A stretch of DNA of 56,975 bases, taken from Candidatus Limnocylindria bacterium (GTDB lineage: Bacteria > Chloroflexota > Limnocylindria > QHBO01). Under the pieces are notes generated by a model, which was not told the DNA's origin, ran no database searches, and was given only the letters and a program-made list of their open reading frames with translations. Positions 1 through 8,351 of the stretch are shown in pieces. Made by a program: the position numbers and the translations under genes. The DNA is taken from NCBI GenBank assembly GCA_038253355.1, contig JBBSHF010000003.1, positions 1-56,975 of the forward strand, in the 5' to 3' direction. The first letter of the stretch is position 1, and the number at the start of each line of letters is the position of its first letter.

Positions 1-79
1 ATGCAGTCGCGGCCCGAGGCGTACGCTCACGGCCTGGCGTTGGCGCTCCCCGACCGGGTGAGCCGCGTAAGGGCTGGAT

Positions 80-126
80 TGGCGTGCCCGAGAGGACTCG
101 AACCTCCGACCTTCAGGTCCGCAACC
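80..126 (-). repeat. att core: duplicated 3' 47 nt of tRNA-Arg
   Basis: TGGCGTGCCCGAGAGGACTCGAACCTCCGACCTTCAGGTCCGCAACC is identical to 11832-11878. Identity stops just past the anticodon loop. Confidence 0.97.
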
Positions 127-163
127 CGGCGCGTGCGTACCTTCGTGTCCCGGAGCGTGCCAT

Positions 164-358
164 CTAGTCCCGTTCTACCCGTGGCGCGGGCTCCGTTGTC
201 CCTTCCCGTCCCGGTGCGTCCCGACCTTCACGGCCGCTGGCGCTCTCGCTGGCGCTCTCGGAGAGCACGGGCGGGTCCGTAGGCATGCAGAAGTGGATAC
301 TCCCATCTTCGTTCCTGAAGGGGTCAACCCAGCCATCAGGCCGCTGTTCGTCGTTCAT
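164..358 (-). CDS. Possible small hypothetical protein
   Basis: ATGA overlap with the integrase stop codon, but its 3' part runs through att-arm repeats, so it may be spurious. Confidence 0.3.
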   Translation of the reverse strand: MNDEQRPDGWVDPFRNEDGSIHFCMPTDPPVLSESASESASGREGRDAPGREGTTEPAPRVERD

Positions 359-1512
359 GCCGACACCACCTTAGTCCCGGCGTCAACCGTCGCTGCCAGC
401 GCGTCAGCAGCCTCCTCCTGCATGCCGGGCAGGACGTGCGCGTAGATGTCCATCGTGACTTGGACCGACGAGTGCCCGAGCCGCTCGCTTACGACCTTCG
501 GGTTGGCGCCGCCGGCCAGCATCAGCGTGGCCGCGGTATGGCGCAGGTCGTGGAGCCGGATGCGCGGCAGGCCGCTCTCGCGGACCAGGCGCTCGAAGGC
601 CCCGCTGACGCCATCGGGATCGAGCGGGCGCCCTGCCGCGTCGGCGAACAGGATGCCCTCCATCGTGATCACAACCTGTCGCGACAGGTGTTCCCGAAGC
701 TCCTGACAGGTGCCGGCGTCGAGCGCCACGCGCCGAGCCTTGCCGTTCTTGGTCGGGCCGATGGCCCAGCCGGCCAGCCCACGTGAGCGCGTGCGCCTGA
801 CGGTCACGAAGCCTGCGTCGAGGTGTAGGTCGTCACGCTGCAACCCTAGCGCTTCCCCGCGGCGCATGCCGCTCAGTGCGAGCAGGCGCCACAGGGCAGC
901 AAGGTCGCTGCCGGCGACGTGATCGAGGAACGCTCGAAGCTGATCGCGGTCCCACACCTTCATCTCGGGCCGCGAGCCTCGGGTGAGCCGGTGGGCGCCG
1001 TCAGCAGGGTTCTTGACGAGCAGATCGTTGCGAACCGCATCCGCCAGGCATCGGTGAAGGGTGAGGTGGAGGTTGTGCCGAGTCTTGACCGCGACCAACA
1101 GGTCGGCGTAGGCGGCCTCGATCTGCGCCAGCGTCAGCCGGCGTAGCTGTACGGCACCGAGGCGCGGAAGCAGGTGGTTGCGCATGGCGCCCTCGTAGCC
1201 GCGCCAGGTGCCGCCTCGAACCTTGCCCTGCACTGCCGGGAGCCACTGCTCCGACCACTGCGCCAGGGTCAAGGTGCTCGGCTCGGGTACGCCTGACTCA
1301 GCTGCGGTCGCAGCCTTACGCATCGCTTCGACCGCCTCGCCTCGGGAGGCCAGCCCGCTGCCGCCCTTCGTCCGGCGCGGTTCGCCGGGGCCGGCAACAT
1401 CGACGCGCCATGCCCACACGATGCGGCGGTCAGAGCCGCAGGTGCAGCGCCGGCCTTTGACGGTGCGGCCGTCGGCCTGGCACCGTTTGTACACGACGCC
1501 TGATCTGCTCAC
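355..1512 (-). CDS. int: Tyrosine integrase with N-terminal arm-binding domain
   Basis: Catalytic set R (GMRRGE), K (PTKNG), HDLRH, LGHS and Y (DIYAH). Adjacent to the att repeat. Confidence 0.97.
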   Translation of the reverse strand: MSRSGVVYKRCQADGRTVKGRRCTCGSDRRIVWAWRVDVAGPGEPRRTKGGSGLASRGEAVEAMRKAATAAESGVPEPSTLTLAQWSEQWLPAVQGKVRGGTWRGYEGAMRNHLLPRLGAVQLRRLTLAQIEAAYADLLVAVKTRHNLHLTLHRCLADAVRNDLLVKNPADGAHRLTRGSRPEMKVWDRDQLRAFLDHVAGSDLAALWRLLALSGMRRGEALGLQRDDLHLDAGFVTVRRTRSRGLAGWAIGPTKNGKARRVALDAGTCQELREHLSRQVVITMEGILFADAAGRPLDPDGVSGAFERLVRESGLPRIRLHDLRHTAATLMLAGGANPKVVSERLGHSSVQVTMDIYAHVLPGMQEEAADALAATVDAGTKVVSA

Positions 1513-1841
1513 TGGAGCACCGGCTTGGTCTCGACCGCGTCGACGTACTTCTCGATCATGGGCCAGAAGCCGTCAGTCGAGCCGCTCTTGTTAAACGCCT
1601 CGCTAAACGCACCCATGTCGTTCCCGAGCGCCTCCTCCTGGTCGCCGCGACCAGCATGGCCGAGCGCCATCATGGCTGCCCAGTAGATCGAGTGCATCCC
1701 GCCGAACGCGGTGGGCCGGACTTCGTCCAGGACGATGGTCGGGCGCGCTTCGTGGGGCCGGTGGCAGTAGCCGTCGGCTTGTGCCTTGTATTTGCAGGGC
1801 CGGCTCTTACCGCCCCGGTAGATGAGTCCTTGGCAGGTCAT
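1509..1841 (-). CDS. Hypothetical protein with N-terminal Cys/His zinc-finger-like motif
   Basis: MTCQG...RPCK...GYCHRPH. SD AAGGAAG. 4-nt overlaps with both neighbours. Confidence 0.65.
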   Translation of the reverse strand: MTCQGLIYRGGKSRPCKYKAQADGYCHRPHEARPTIVLDEVRPTAFGGMHSIYWAAMMALGHAGRGDQEEALGNDMGAFSEAFNKSGSTDGFWPMIEKYVDAVETKPVLQ

Positions 1842-2341
1842 GAGTGCTTCCTTTCGAGGAGTCCGAGCACTCGCGCTCGGTGGATATGGTTGGCTGCCTT
1901 CTTGGCAGTGCCGAGCCATTCGGCAACGGCCTTGTATCCGGATCTCCCGGATGCTCCGGCCTCTTCAAATCTCTGCGCCACCTCGGCGTAGTGCTCCGGG
2001 CCGTAACCCCTGCGCCCCCGGCGCTCGGGGCGCTCAAGGCGCCTTACGCTCTCCAGGCGCGCAACCTTGACCGCGAGGAGCGACTCCCCGACGCGGCTGT
2101 ATTGGACCTGCGCCCAACGCAGGGTCTCGCTGTGCAGCCGCGCCTCGATGGCGATGGCCGCGGTCTCGACGGATCGCAGGCGCTCAAGGATCGGGAGCAG
2201 GTCGTCGATCCCCTCGGCGCGGCGGACTAGATCGTCAATCCGCTCGCCGACGCGGCTCAGCGCTGCGGCGGCTAGGTCCAGGTCAGCGGCCACATCGGAG
2301 TCCTCCAGTCCGTCGACCGTGGCCTGATGGGCGGTCATCAC
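1838..2341 (-). CDS. Putative DNA-binding protein (helical N-terminus, C-terminal HTH-like region)
   Basis: C-terminal HYAEVAQRF...KAVAEWLG...HIHRARVLGLL resembles HTH proteins of integrative elements. Translationally coupled to neighbours. Confidence 0.65.
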   Translation of the reverse strand: MMTAHQATVDGLEDSDVAADLDLAAAALSRVGERIDDLVRRAEGIDDLLPILERLRSVETAAIAIEARLHSETLRWAQVQYSRVGESLLAVKVARLESVRRLERPERRGRRGYGPEHYAEVAQRFEEAGASGRSGYKAVAEWLGTAKKAANHIHRARVLGLLERKHS

Positions 2342-2574
2342 TCGTCTTCGTCTTCGCCGGCGCCGACCGCGTGCAGCGCGTCGATCAGAATCTCTTCGAG
2401 GTGCTCGAGGTCGCCGGGGAAACCCCAGTTGCGAGGGTCGGCGGCCTGCCCGCTGGCGTGGCGTTCGACCTCTACCTGCAGGGCAGTGATCATGCCGCGT
2501 ACCTGTTCGAGGTTGGTGCGGTAGGTGGCGTCGGCGCTGGTGGTGGAGGTGGAGGTGGAGGTGGAGGTGGTCAT
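2338..2574 (-). CDS. Small phage-type hypothetical protein
   Basis: SD AAAGGA. First gene after the leftward promoter. Carries a PRNWGFPGDL motif and an acidic tail. Confidence 0.7.
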   Translation of the reverse strand: MTTSTSTSTSTTSADATYRTNLEQVRGMITALQVEVERHASGQAADPRNWGFPGDLEHLEEILIDALHAVGAGEDEDE

Positions 2575-2626
2575 TCGAGGTGTTCCTTTTCGGTTGGCCG
2601 CGCTCTGATCAGCGGCTTGTATAGTG

Positions 2627-2654
2627 ATACTAGCATGGATATATCATTTGTCAA
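2627..2654 (-). promoter_or_regulatory. sigma70-type promoter of the leftward (int) operon
   Basis: TTGACA-16-TAGTAT with TG extension in an AT-rich island. Palindrome GATATATC (2638-2645) lies in the spacer. Confidence 0.65.
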
Positions 2655-2719
2655 GCCCTAAGCCCTGAGATTCCAGTCTTTGCGCAGAGTTGCACCGCAG
2701 CCTGTGCTACTATGGGGCC

Positions 2720-2989
2720 ATGGCAGGAAGATCAGGAACGAAATCGAGCGCGCTGACGCCCCACGACCTTATCGAGATTGCGTGGGCAGGGCACCTGGCC
2801 GCGTCCGGCGTCGCCCGCGAGCTCCGGGTCAAGAACAAGCTTCTGGTGACCCAGGTCGCGCGCTCCGTGGGGGCGTCTTCGGTATCGAACCTGGTCGCCG
2901 TTGAGCAGGGGCACTGGCCGCTGCCGCGAGTGCCATGGGGGCTGCGCTACGCCGCGTTCCTGCGCGAACTGGTGGGGTTGGATTCATGA
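2720..2989 (+). CDS. XRE/Cro-like HTH regulator (probably leaderless)
   Basis: RELRVKNKLLVTQVARSVGASSVSNLVAVEQG fits the XRE pattern. Extended -10 TGcTACTAT lies 6 nt before the ATG. Confidence 0.7.
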   Translation: MAGRSGTKSSALTPHDLIEIAWAGHLAASGVARELRVKNKLLVTQVARSVGASSVSNLVAVEQGHWPLPRVPWGLRYAAFLRELVGLDS

Positions 2990-3207
2990 GCCCCACTGCC
3001 CGCCGCGAGGTCCTCACCGTGAAGGAAGTCGCCGAGCTTCTCGACCTCAGCCGCAACGGCGTCTACCTGGGCGCCAAGCGCGGCGAGATTCCGAACGTCA
3101 CCGTCGGTCGCCGGGTCCTGTTCCCACGTCGGGCCATCGAGCAGTGGCTGGCGGTTCGGGGGACCGAATCTAAGAGGGTACCCGACGTCGGGAGCCCTCT
3201 TAGATGA
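2986..3207 (+). CDS. xis: Excisionase / HTH_17 DNA-binding protein
   Basis: VLTVKEVAELLDLSRNGVY...GEIP...VGRRVLFPRRAIEQWL is the classic excisionase-family pattern. Confidence 0.88.
   Translation: MSPTARREVLTVKEVAELLDLSRNGVYLGAKRGEIPNVTVGRRVLFPRRAIEQWLAVRGTESKRVPDVGSPLR
3168..3205. repeat. 38-bp near-perfect palindrome
   Basis: ATCTAAGAGGG-ta-CCCGACGTCGGG-ag-CCCTCTTAGAT. Confidence 0.9.
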
Positions 3208-3488
3208 GTAGAGGTCCCGGCTCCGCAATGCGTTACGCGCTGGCCTACCTTCAGGCGAACGGCGAGGCCACGCCCATGGCTATAGCGATCGCCATCGCGC
3301 GCGAAGCCGGAACGTATCGGCCTATTCCGTGGACGGGCCGGGCGGTCGGTTACGACACGCGGAACGCCCGCCGCGCCCTCGATCACCTCGTCGCGCGCGG
3401 GTTGGCGGCGCGGCGCCACAAGCCGACCTGGGACGGCTTAGAAGAAACGTCGCGCTGGCTGTACCGCGCCGTGGAGGCGCCCCGATGA
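3204..3488 (+). CDS. Putative winged-helix protein
   Basis: RNARRALDHLVARGLA...WLYR wHTH-like pattern. ATGA-coupled on both sides. Confidence 0.6.
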   Translation: MSRGPGSAMRYALAYLQANGEATPMAIAIAIAREAGTYRPIPWTGRAVGYDTRNARRALDHLVARGLAARRHKPTWDGLEETSRWLYRAVEAPR

Positions 3489-3943
3489 TCCACGCCCGCC
3501 GCTTCGAGGACGTCGACCCCGCGATCCTGGTCGCTATGCACGCCGGTGGAGGAGAAGCCGCCGCACCTCCGCTCGGGGGATGGCGCGTTATCCAAGCCCG
3601 GAGTGCCGGCACCTCCATCTTCACGGCGTCCTGCCCGCACTGGATTGCATCCTGGGACGCGCATCCCGCGTCGGATGCTGAGGCTGAGGCCGATCTGGCC
3701 ACGCTGGACGATTGCCCCGTGGTCGAGGTCTGGTTTTGTGTCAGCCCGGCGACCGCTGCACCGAAGGCGCTCGGCCGCGAGTATGCGGAGACCATCAAGC
3801 GGTTCCTGCGCCGCTATGCGCCGTGCCCTTGCGTCCCCGACCTGCGGATGGCGCTCAAAGCGCCGTTCCCAACAGACCGCGCGACCCTTCACCTCGAGCA
3901 CGACCGCGGTTGCCCAGGACTGGCAGCGCGAGCAAGCCGATGA
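3485..3943 (+). CDS. Hypothetical protein (Cys/His-rich C-terminus)
   Basis: SD GGAGG. ATGA overlaps at both ends. CPC...HDRGCP. Confidence 0.6.
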   Translation: MIHARRFEDVDPAILVAMHAGGGEAAAPPLGGWRVIQARSAGTSIFTASCPHWIASWDAHPASDAEAEADLATLDDCPVVEVWFCVSPATAAPKALGREYAETIKRFLRRYAPCPCVPDLRMALKAPFPTDRATLHLEHDRGCPGLAARASR

Positions 3944-4749
3944 ACCCCGTCGAGCAGGCACTAGCCCTAGCCGCTGAAGGCTTCGCCATCGTTGAGGTCT
4001 ACCCACCGACACCCGATGGCGGCTGCACCTGCCGCGAGGGCGCCGGCTGCGGCAGCCCCGGCAAGCATGGCGTCGGGCACTGGTCGAGGGACGCCACACG
4101 CAACCCGCGCCGGGTCCGGCTGCTCGAGTACCGCAGACAAGGTGGCATCCAGTCGAACTACGGTGTCCTGCCGCAGCGCGACTCCCGGCTGCTGATCATC
4201 GACAACGACGTAGCCGAGGTCCGCGGGCAGCTACCGATCCCCGAAACCCTCACGGTCACCCGCCCCAGCGCCCCTGTCGGCAAGGGTCATTGGTATCTGC
4301 GACTCCCCGAATACACCGAGGAGGCCGGTGTGCCACGCGCGTACGCTGGCGGGGAGATACGCATCGCCAGCAGTGGATTCGTGGTAGGCCCCGGCTCGAA
4401 GCACTTCAGCGGGGATTCGCTCGAATCCAACGGGCTGCCCATCGCCCTCGCCACCACTGAACTGGTCGAGGCCCTGCGGTCGCTGCCTCCCCAGCGGGAC
4501 GGGCTGGTGGCCGGCGAAGGTCGCCACTGGACGCTGGTGCAGGAGGCCCGCAAGCAGCGCGGCTGGGGCAAGGACCTCGACGATCTACTGGAGGCGCTGC
4601 TAGAGGTTAACGAGGGGTTCGCCGAACCGAAGGGCGCTGACGAGGTCGCCGCCATCGCCGCCTGGGCGGTCGAGCACGTCGACGTAGATCAGCTGATCTA
4701 CATCACCCGGACCCACCGGCCGTGGGAAGTGGTGGTGCGCCGTGGCTGA
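3940..4749 (+). CDS. Bifunctional DNA primase/polymerase (Prim-Pol with PriCT-like C-terminus)
   Basis: CTC...CGSPGKH, NYGV, LLIIDND (DxD), GKGHWYL, GFVVGPGSKH and C-terminal N..FAEP...EV..IA. Confidence 0.88.
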   Translation: MNPVEQALALAAEGFAIVEVYPPTPDGGCTCREGAGCGSPGKHGVGHWSRDATRNPRRVRLLEYRRQGGIQSNYGVLPQRDSRLLIIDNDVAEVRGQLPIPETLTVTRPSAPVGKGHWYLRLPEYTEEAGVPRAYAGGEIRIASSGFVVGPGSKHFSGDSLESNGLPIALATTELVEALRSLPPQRDGLVAGEGRHWTLVQEARKQRGWGKDLDDLLEALLEVNEGFAEPKGADEVAAIAAWAVEHVDVDQLIYITRTHRPWEVVVRRG

Positions 4750-6079
4750 TCAAGTCATCCTGACGCCCAGCAGCGCGATCCCGATCCGCCCCAACAAGTG
4801 GCTGTTCGATCAGCGGCTGCCGACCGTCGGCCTCGCGCTGCTGGCCGGGCGCGAGGGTGTCGGTAAGAGCAACTACGACTCCTGGCTGGCAGCAAGCGTC
4901 TCCCGCGGAACCTTGCCGGGCGAGTACTTCGGTACGCCGCGAAACGTGATCGTGGTTGCAGCCGAAGACGACTGGGAGACGATCCTGGCGCCCCGGCTGA
5001 TCGCAGCCGGCGCTGACATGGATCGCATCTACCGGCTCACGATCAAGCGCGAGCATGCGACCCACGAGGCCCAGATATCCCTGCCTGAGAACCTCGAAGC
5101 GCTGGAGGCTGCGCTCAAGGAGGTCGACCCGGCGCTGGTTGTGATCTCACCGCTCATGTCGCGGCTGAGCGGCAAGCTCAATAGCCACAACGACAAGGAG
5201 GTGCGCCAGGCGCTGGAGCCGCTGGTGGCGCTGGCCTTCGACTACCGGACCTTGTTCTACGGCTTGATTCACCTCAACAAGAGCATTACCAGCGACCCGC
5301 TCCGCGCGGTGATGGCTTCCGGCGCCTTCGTGGCGGTTGCCCGCGCCGTCGAGTTCATAGCCCGCGACCCGGATGACCCGGATGTTCGGATCGTCGGGCT
5401 GCCGAAGAACAACAACGGGCTGACGGATTACGAGCTCGGCCTGCGCACCTTCACCATCGAGCAGGTCCGCGTCGGCAAGTCGCCGGAAGGCGAGGACGTG
5501 TACGCGACCCGCGCGCGCTTCGGGAAGCCGCGGGATGGCACCATCGAGCAGGTACTGGACGATACAGCCGGCGGCAGCGAGCAGCGGACCGCTATCGGCG
5601 AGGCGCTCGAATGGCTACGTGACTACCTGTACCAGCACGGCGGATCAGCCCCGCGCGAGGAGATTGCCGCTGCCGCCGCAGCGCAGGACATCGGGCTGGA
5701 TGCGCTCAAGCGTGCGCGCGTACGGGGTGGCATCGAGACTAGGCGGACCCAGACGGTGCCGGCCTCCAGCATGTGGCGCCTACCTGGCCCGCAGGTGGTG
5801 CACAGTCGGAGCACCCCTCCTACTACCCCTCCAACTGCTCCAACTGCTCCAACTACACAGAGTAGACAGAGCAGACAGAGCAGACAGGGCGTAGGTAGGA
5901 AGGCTGCTCCGAGTAGGGAGCCACGCGTGTCGGGTCAGCGAGCAGTGCGATGTGCATCTATTCGCACTACGCCTACGCACCGGTCAGGTACCTGTTGCAG
6001 GACTACTCCCCCACATCCCCGCTGTCGTGGTACCTGTCGGGTCCCGTACCCGACGTGCAGCCCTGCAATCCACGCGTGA
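4742..6079 (+). CDS. AAA_25/RepA-like replicative helicase
   Basis: Walker A AGREGVGKS, AAEDD, variant Walker B VVISP and IHLNK. The C-terminal ~100 aa is low-complexity read-through of repeats. Confidence 0.85.
   Translation: MADQVILTPSSAIPIRPNKWLFDQRLPTVGLALLAGREGVGKSNYDSWLAASVSRGTLPGEYFGTPRNVIVVAAEDDWETILAPRLIAAGADMDRIYRLTIKREHATHEAQISLPENLEALEAALKEVDPALVVISPLMSRLSGKLNSHNDKEVRQALEPLVALAFDYRTLFYGLIHLNKSITSDPLRAVMASGAFVAVARAVEFIARDPDDPDVRIVGLPKNNNGLTDYELGLRTFTIEQVRVGKSPEGEDVYATRARFGKPRDGTIEQVLDDTAGGSEQRTAIGEALEWLRDYLYQHGGSAPREEIAAAAAAQDIGLDALKRARVRGGIETRRTQTVPASSMWRLPGPQVVHSRSTPPTTPPTAPTAPTTQSRQSRQSRQGVGRKAAPSREPRVSGQRAVRCASIRTTPTHRSGTCCRTTPPHPRCRGTCRVPYPTCSPAIHA
5829..5890. repeat. Two opposed 9-bp iteron arrays, candidate replication origin
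   Basis: CTCCAACTG x2 plus CTCCAACTA, then ACAGAGTAG, ACAGAGCAG x2 and ACAGGGC. Cores CTGCTC and GAGCAG are reverse complements. Confidence 0.7.
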
Positions 6080-6323
6080 ACGTGCCTGTTAGCCCCTGTC
6101 GCGGGCACGGTGCGAGAGCAGGTGTGAGAGCGCCTGCACGCGTGAACGGCGCCACACAGCGCCTGTGGTGGGCCGCCGGCCCCGGTATCTCGTGTGGACG
6201 GCGCACCTCCCAGGCCCGGTACGCTGAAACCGCCGGCCTCCTTGCGGGCCAATCGCGCCGAAACGCCGGCCCGCATGCCTTCGTAATCCGACCGTGGATG
6301 GTCCGTGGCGGGAGGCCCCGCTG

Positions 6324-6845
6324 ATGGCTGCCGTGTGCCGTACCTGCACCTCTCCGGACCGCCCGGCGATCGAGGCAGCTCTTGTCTCAGGTCAGAGCAT
6401 CCGTGGCGTCGCGCTGCGCTATGGCCTGAGCAAGGGTTCGGTGTCGGCCCACTTCAAGCACCACGTCAGCCCAGCGCTGGCCGGCATCGTGGAAACCAAG
6501 CGCACGCGGACCCTGATCGACCGCGCCGAGCAGCTGATCGGGGAAACCGAGTCGATCCTCCAGGCAGCCAAGGAGAGCGGCCGGGCTCAGCTGGCGCTGA
6601 GCGCGATCCGCGAATTGCGGGAGAGCATCAAGCTGCTCGGCCTGGCATCCGGCGAGCTTCGCCCCGAAGGGCAGGTTCAGATCGCCGTCGTGAATCTGGT
6701 TGAGAACCAGGAGTACCTGCAGGTGAAGGAGCGCCTGCTCCTAGCGCTGGCAGCCTTCCCCGAAGCCCGCGCCGCAGCGGCCACCGCGCTGCTGGCGGAA
6801 CCTACCGTGACGGTAAGTTCCCGGCAGGCGAACCTCAGGTCGTGA
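6324..6845 (+). CDS. Putative terminase small subunit (CxxC...HxxxH zinc/HTH protein)
   Basis: SD GGAGG. CRTC, then HTH (SIRGVALRYGLSKGSV), then HFKHH, then a helical region. Directly upstream of the terminase ATPase. Confidence 0.65.
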   Translation: MAAVCRTCTSPDRPAIEAALVSGQSIRGVALRYGLSKGSVSAHFKHHVSPALAGIVETKRTRTLIDRAEQLIGETESILQAAKESGRAQLALSAIRELRESIKLLGLASGELRPEGQVQIAVVNLVENQEYLQVKERLLLALAAFPEARAAAATALLAEPTVTVSSRQANLRS

Positions 6846-6852
6846 GGGTTTC

Positions 6853-7710
6853 ATGAGCAAACTTTCCGCCGATCTCGCCCGCTCTCTCGATCCCGCTGCC
6901 CTGTTCGCGGTCACCGGCAAGACGCCGGATGCCTGGCAGATCCGCGCGGTCAGATCGACGGCCCCGAAGCTGCTGCTCAACGTGACCCGCCAGGGAGGCA
7001 AAGGAGAGGTCGCCAGCGTGATAGCTGTGGACCGCGCCATCAACGATCCCGGCTCGTTGATCCTGCTCGTGAGTGCCGGCATGCGCCAGAGCCAAGAGTT
7101 GGCGATGCGAACCCGCGCGCTGGCCCGCAGCCTTCAGCTGACAGCCAGCAAGGACAACGCGCTCGAGCTGGGGCTTGAGAACGGCAGCCGCATCGTCTCC
7201 CTTCCGTCGAGTGAGGGCACCATCCGCGGCTTCGCGGCGGTCAGCCTGTTGGTCATCGATGAAGCTGCCCGTGTCGAGGACGAGGTGTACGCCGCCGTGC
7301 GCCCCATGCTCGCTGTCTCGGAGCGTGGCCGCATCGTCGCTATGTCGACGCCGTTCGGCCGGCGCGGCTGGTTCTGGGAAGCGTGGGACGCGGGCGGCTC
7401 CAGCTGGGAGCGCTACCAGGTGCCGGCCACCGACATCCCGCGCATCAGCCCGGCCTTCCTGGCCGAGGAGCGTGCCGCGCTGGGCCGCTTCTGGTACGAG
7501 CAGGAGTACCTGTGTGGCTTCGTCGACGCGGCCGGCTCCCTGTTCCGGGGCGACGACATTGATGCAGCCTTCGCGGCCGGCCGAGGCATCCCTCCGCTGT
7601 TCGACGAGTTCCCGGCGATGCGCCCACAGCAGGACGCACCCGACCTGTTCCCTAAACCCAACCTGCAAGAGTTCGAGGAGGCCGACAGACGCCTTCGGGA
7701 GAAGCTATGA
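6853..7710 (+). CDS. Terminase large subunit, ATPase half
   Basis: PDAWQ motif, Walker A RQGGKG, Walker B LLVIDEAA, coupling motif MSTP and QEYLCGF. Confidence 0.88.
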   Translation: MSKLSADLARSLDPAALFAVTGKTPDAWQIRAVRSTAPKLLLNVTRQGGKGEVASVIAVDRAINDPGSLILLVSAGMRQSQELAMRTRALARSLQLTASKDNALELGLENGSRIVSLPSSEGTIRGFAAVSLLVIDEAARVEDEVYAAVRPMLAVSERGRIVAMSTPFGRRGWFWEAWDAGGSSWERYQVPATDIPRISPAFLAEERAALGRFWYEQEYLCGFVDAAGSLFRGDDIDAAFAAGRGIPPLFDEFPAMRPQQDAPDLFPKPNLQEFEEADRRLREKL

Positions 7711-8351
7711 CCAGCCTGAACCTGGCGCTCGATCCGGGAAAAGTGGCTGACCCGGCAGCCCTCGTTATCGTTGAGCGGCTCACGGTAGCCGGCGGCCCGG
7801 ACCGTTACGTGATCCGCCATGCCGAGCAGTGGGACCTCGGAACGCCGCACACGGTGGTCGCCTCGGACGCGGTGAGGCTCAAGCAGTCGACCGGCGGCGA
7901 CCTGTTCTACGACGCCACGGGGATCGGCGAGGTCTACCACGAGCTGTTCCGAATGGCTCACCGGTCAGGCGATCTGAACTACCACGCGTACCCCGTCCTG
8001 ATCACCGGCGGCTCGACGTACAGCGACGAGGGCGTCTCGAAGGAGTACCTCGTCCGGAAGTTCGAGGCGAAACTCTCCACCGGGCTGATCGTGGTCGCTG
8101 AGACCTGCCGGCTGAAGGACGTGCTGCGGCATCAGCTGGAGCGCTTCAGCTACCAGATCAACCGGCGCGGCAATGCCACCTACGAGGCGATGCGCGAGAA
8201 GGATCACGACGACCTGCTCACCGCTGTGATGCTCGCCACCCTCTACCGGCGCTCGGCGCCGTCAGGACCCAGGTATGTCGCTCCGAATGGGAAGACATAT
8301 GAGTCACTCGCCGAAGCCGTCGTATGGCTCGGCCAAGGAGCCCACGCATGA
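7707..8351 (+). CDS. Terminase large subunit, RNase H-like nuclease half
   Basis: LALDPG..AD, YDATGIG and HDDLLTAVMLA acidic motifs typical of TerL nuclease domains. Has its own SD (GGAGA) and an ATGA overlap. Confidence 0.82.
   Translation: MTSLNLALDPGKVADPAALVIVERLTVAGGPDRYVIRHAEQWDLGTPHTVVASDAVRLKQSTGGDLFYDATGIGEVYHELFRMAHRSGDLNYHAYPVLITGGSTYSDEGVSKEYLVRKFEAKLSTGLIVVAETCRLKDVLRHQLERFSYQINRRGNATYEAMREKDHDDLLTAVMLATLYRRSAPSGPRYVAPNGKTYESLAEAVVWLGQGAHA

Noticed and set aside
80-126. Second tRNA-Arg gene
   Set aside because: Only the 3' 47 nt are present, with no D-arm or 5' acceptor strand. It is the att duplication.
2542-2570. (GGTGGA)4 as a phase-variation tract
   Set aside because: The hexamer unit keeps the frame and only varies a Thr-Ser linker.
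5950-6324. 124-aa ORF
   Set aside because: Overlaps the helicase tail, has no SD or motif, and runs through short repeats.
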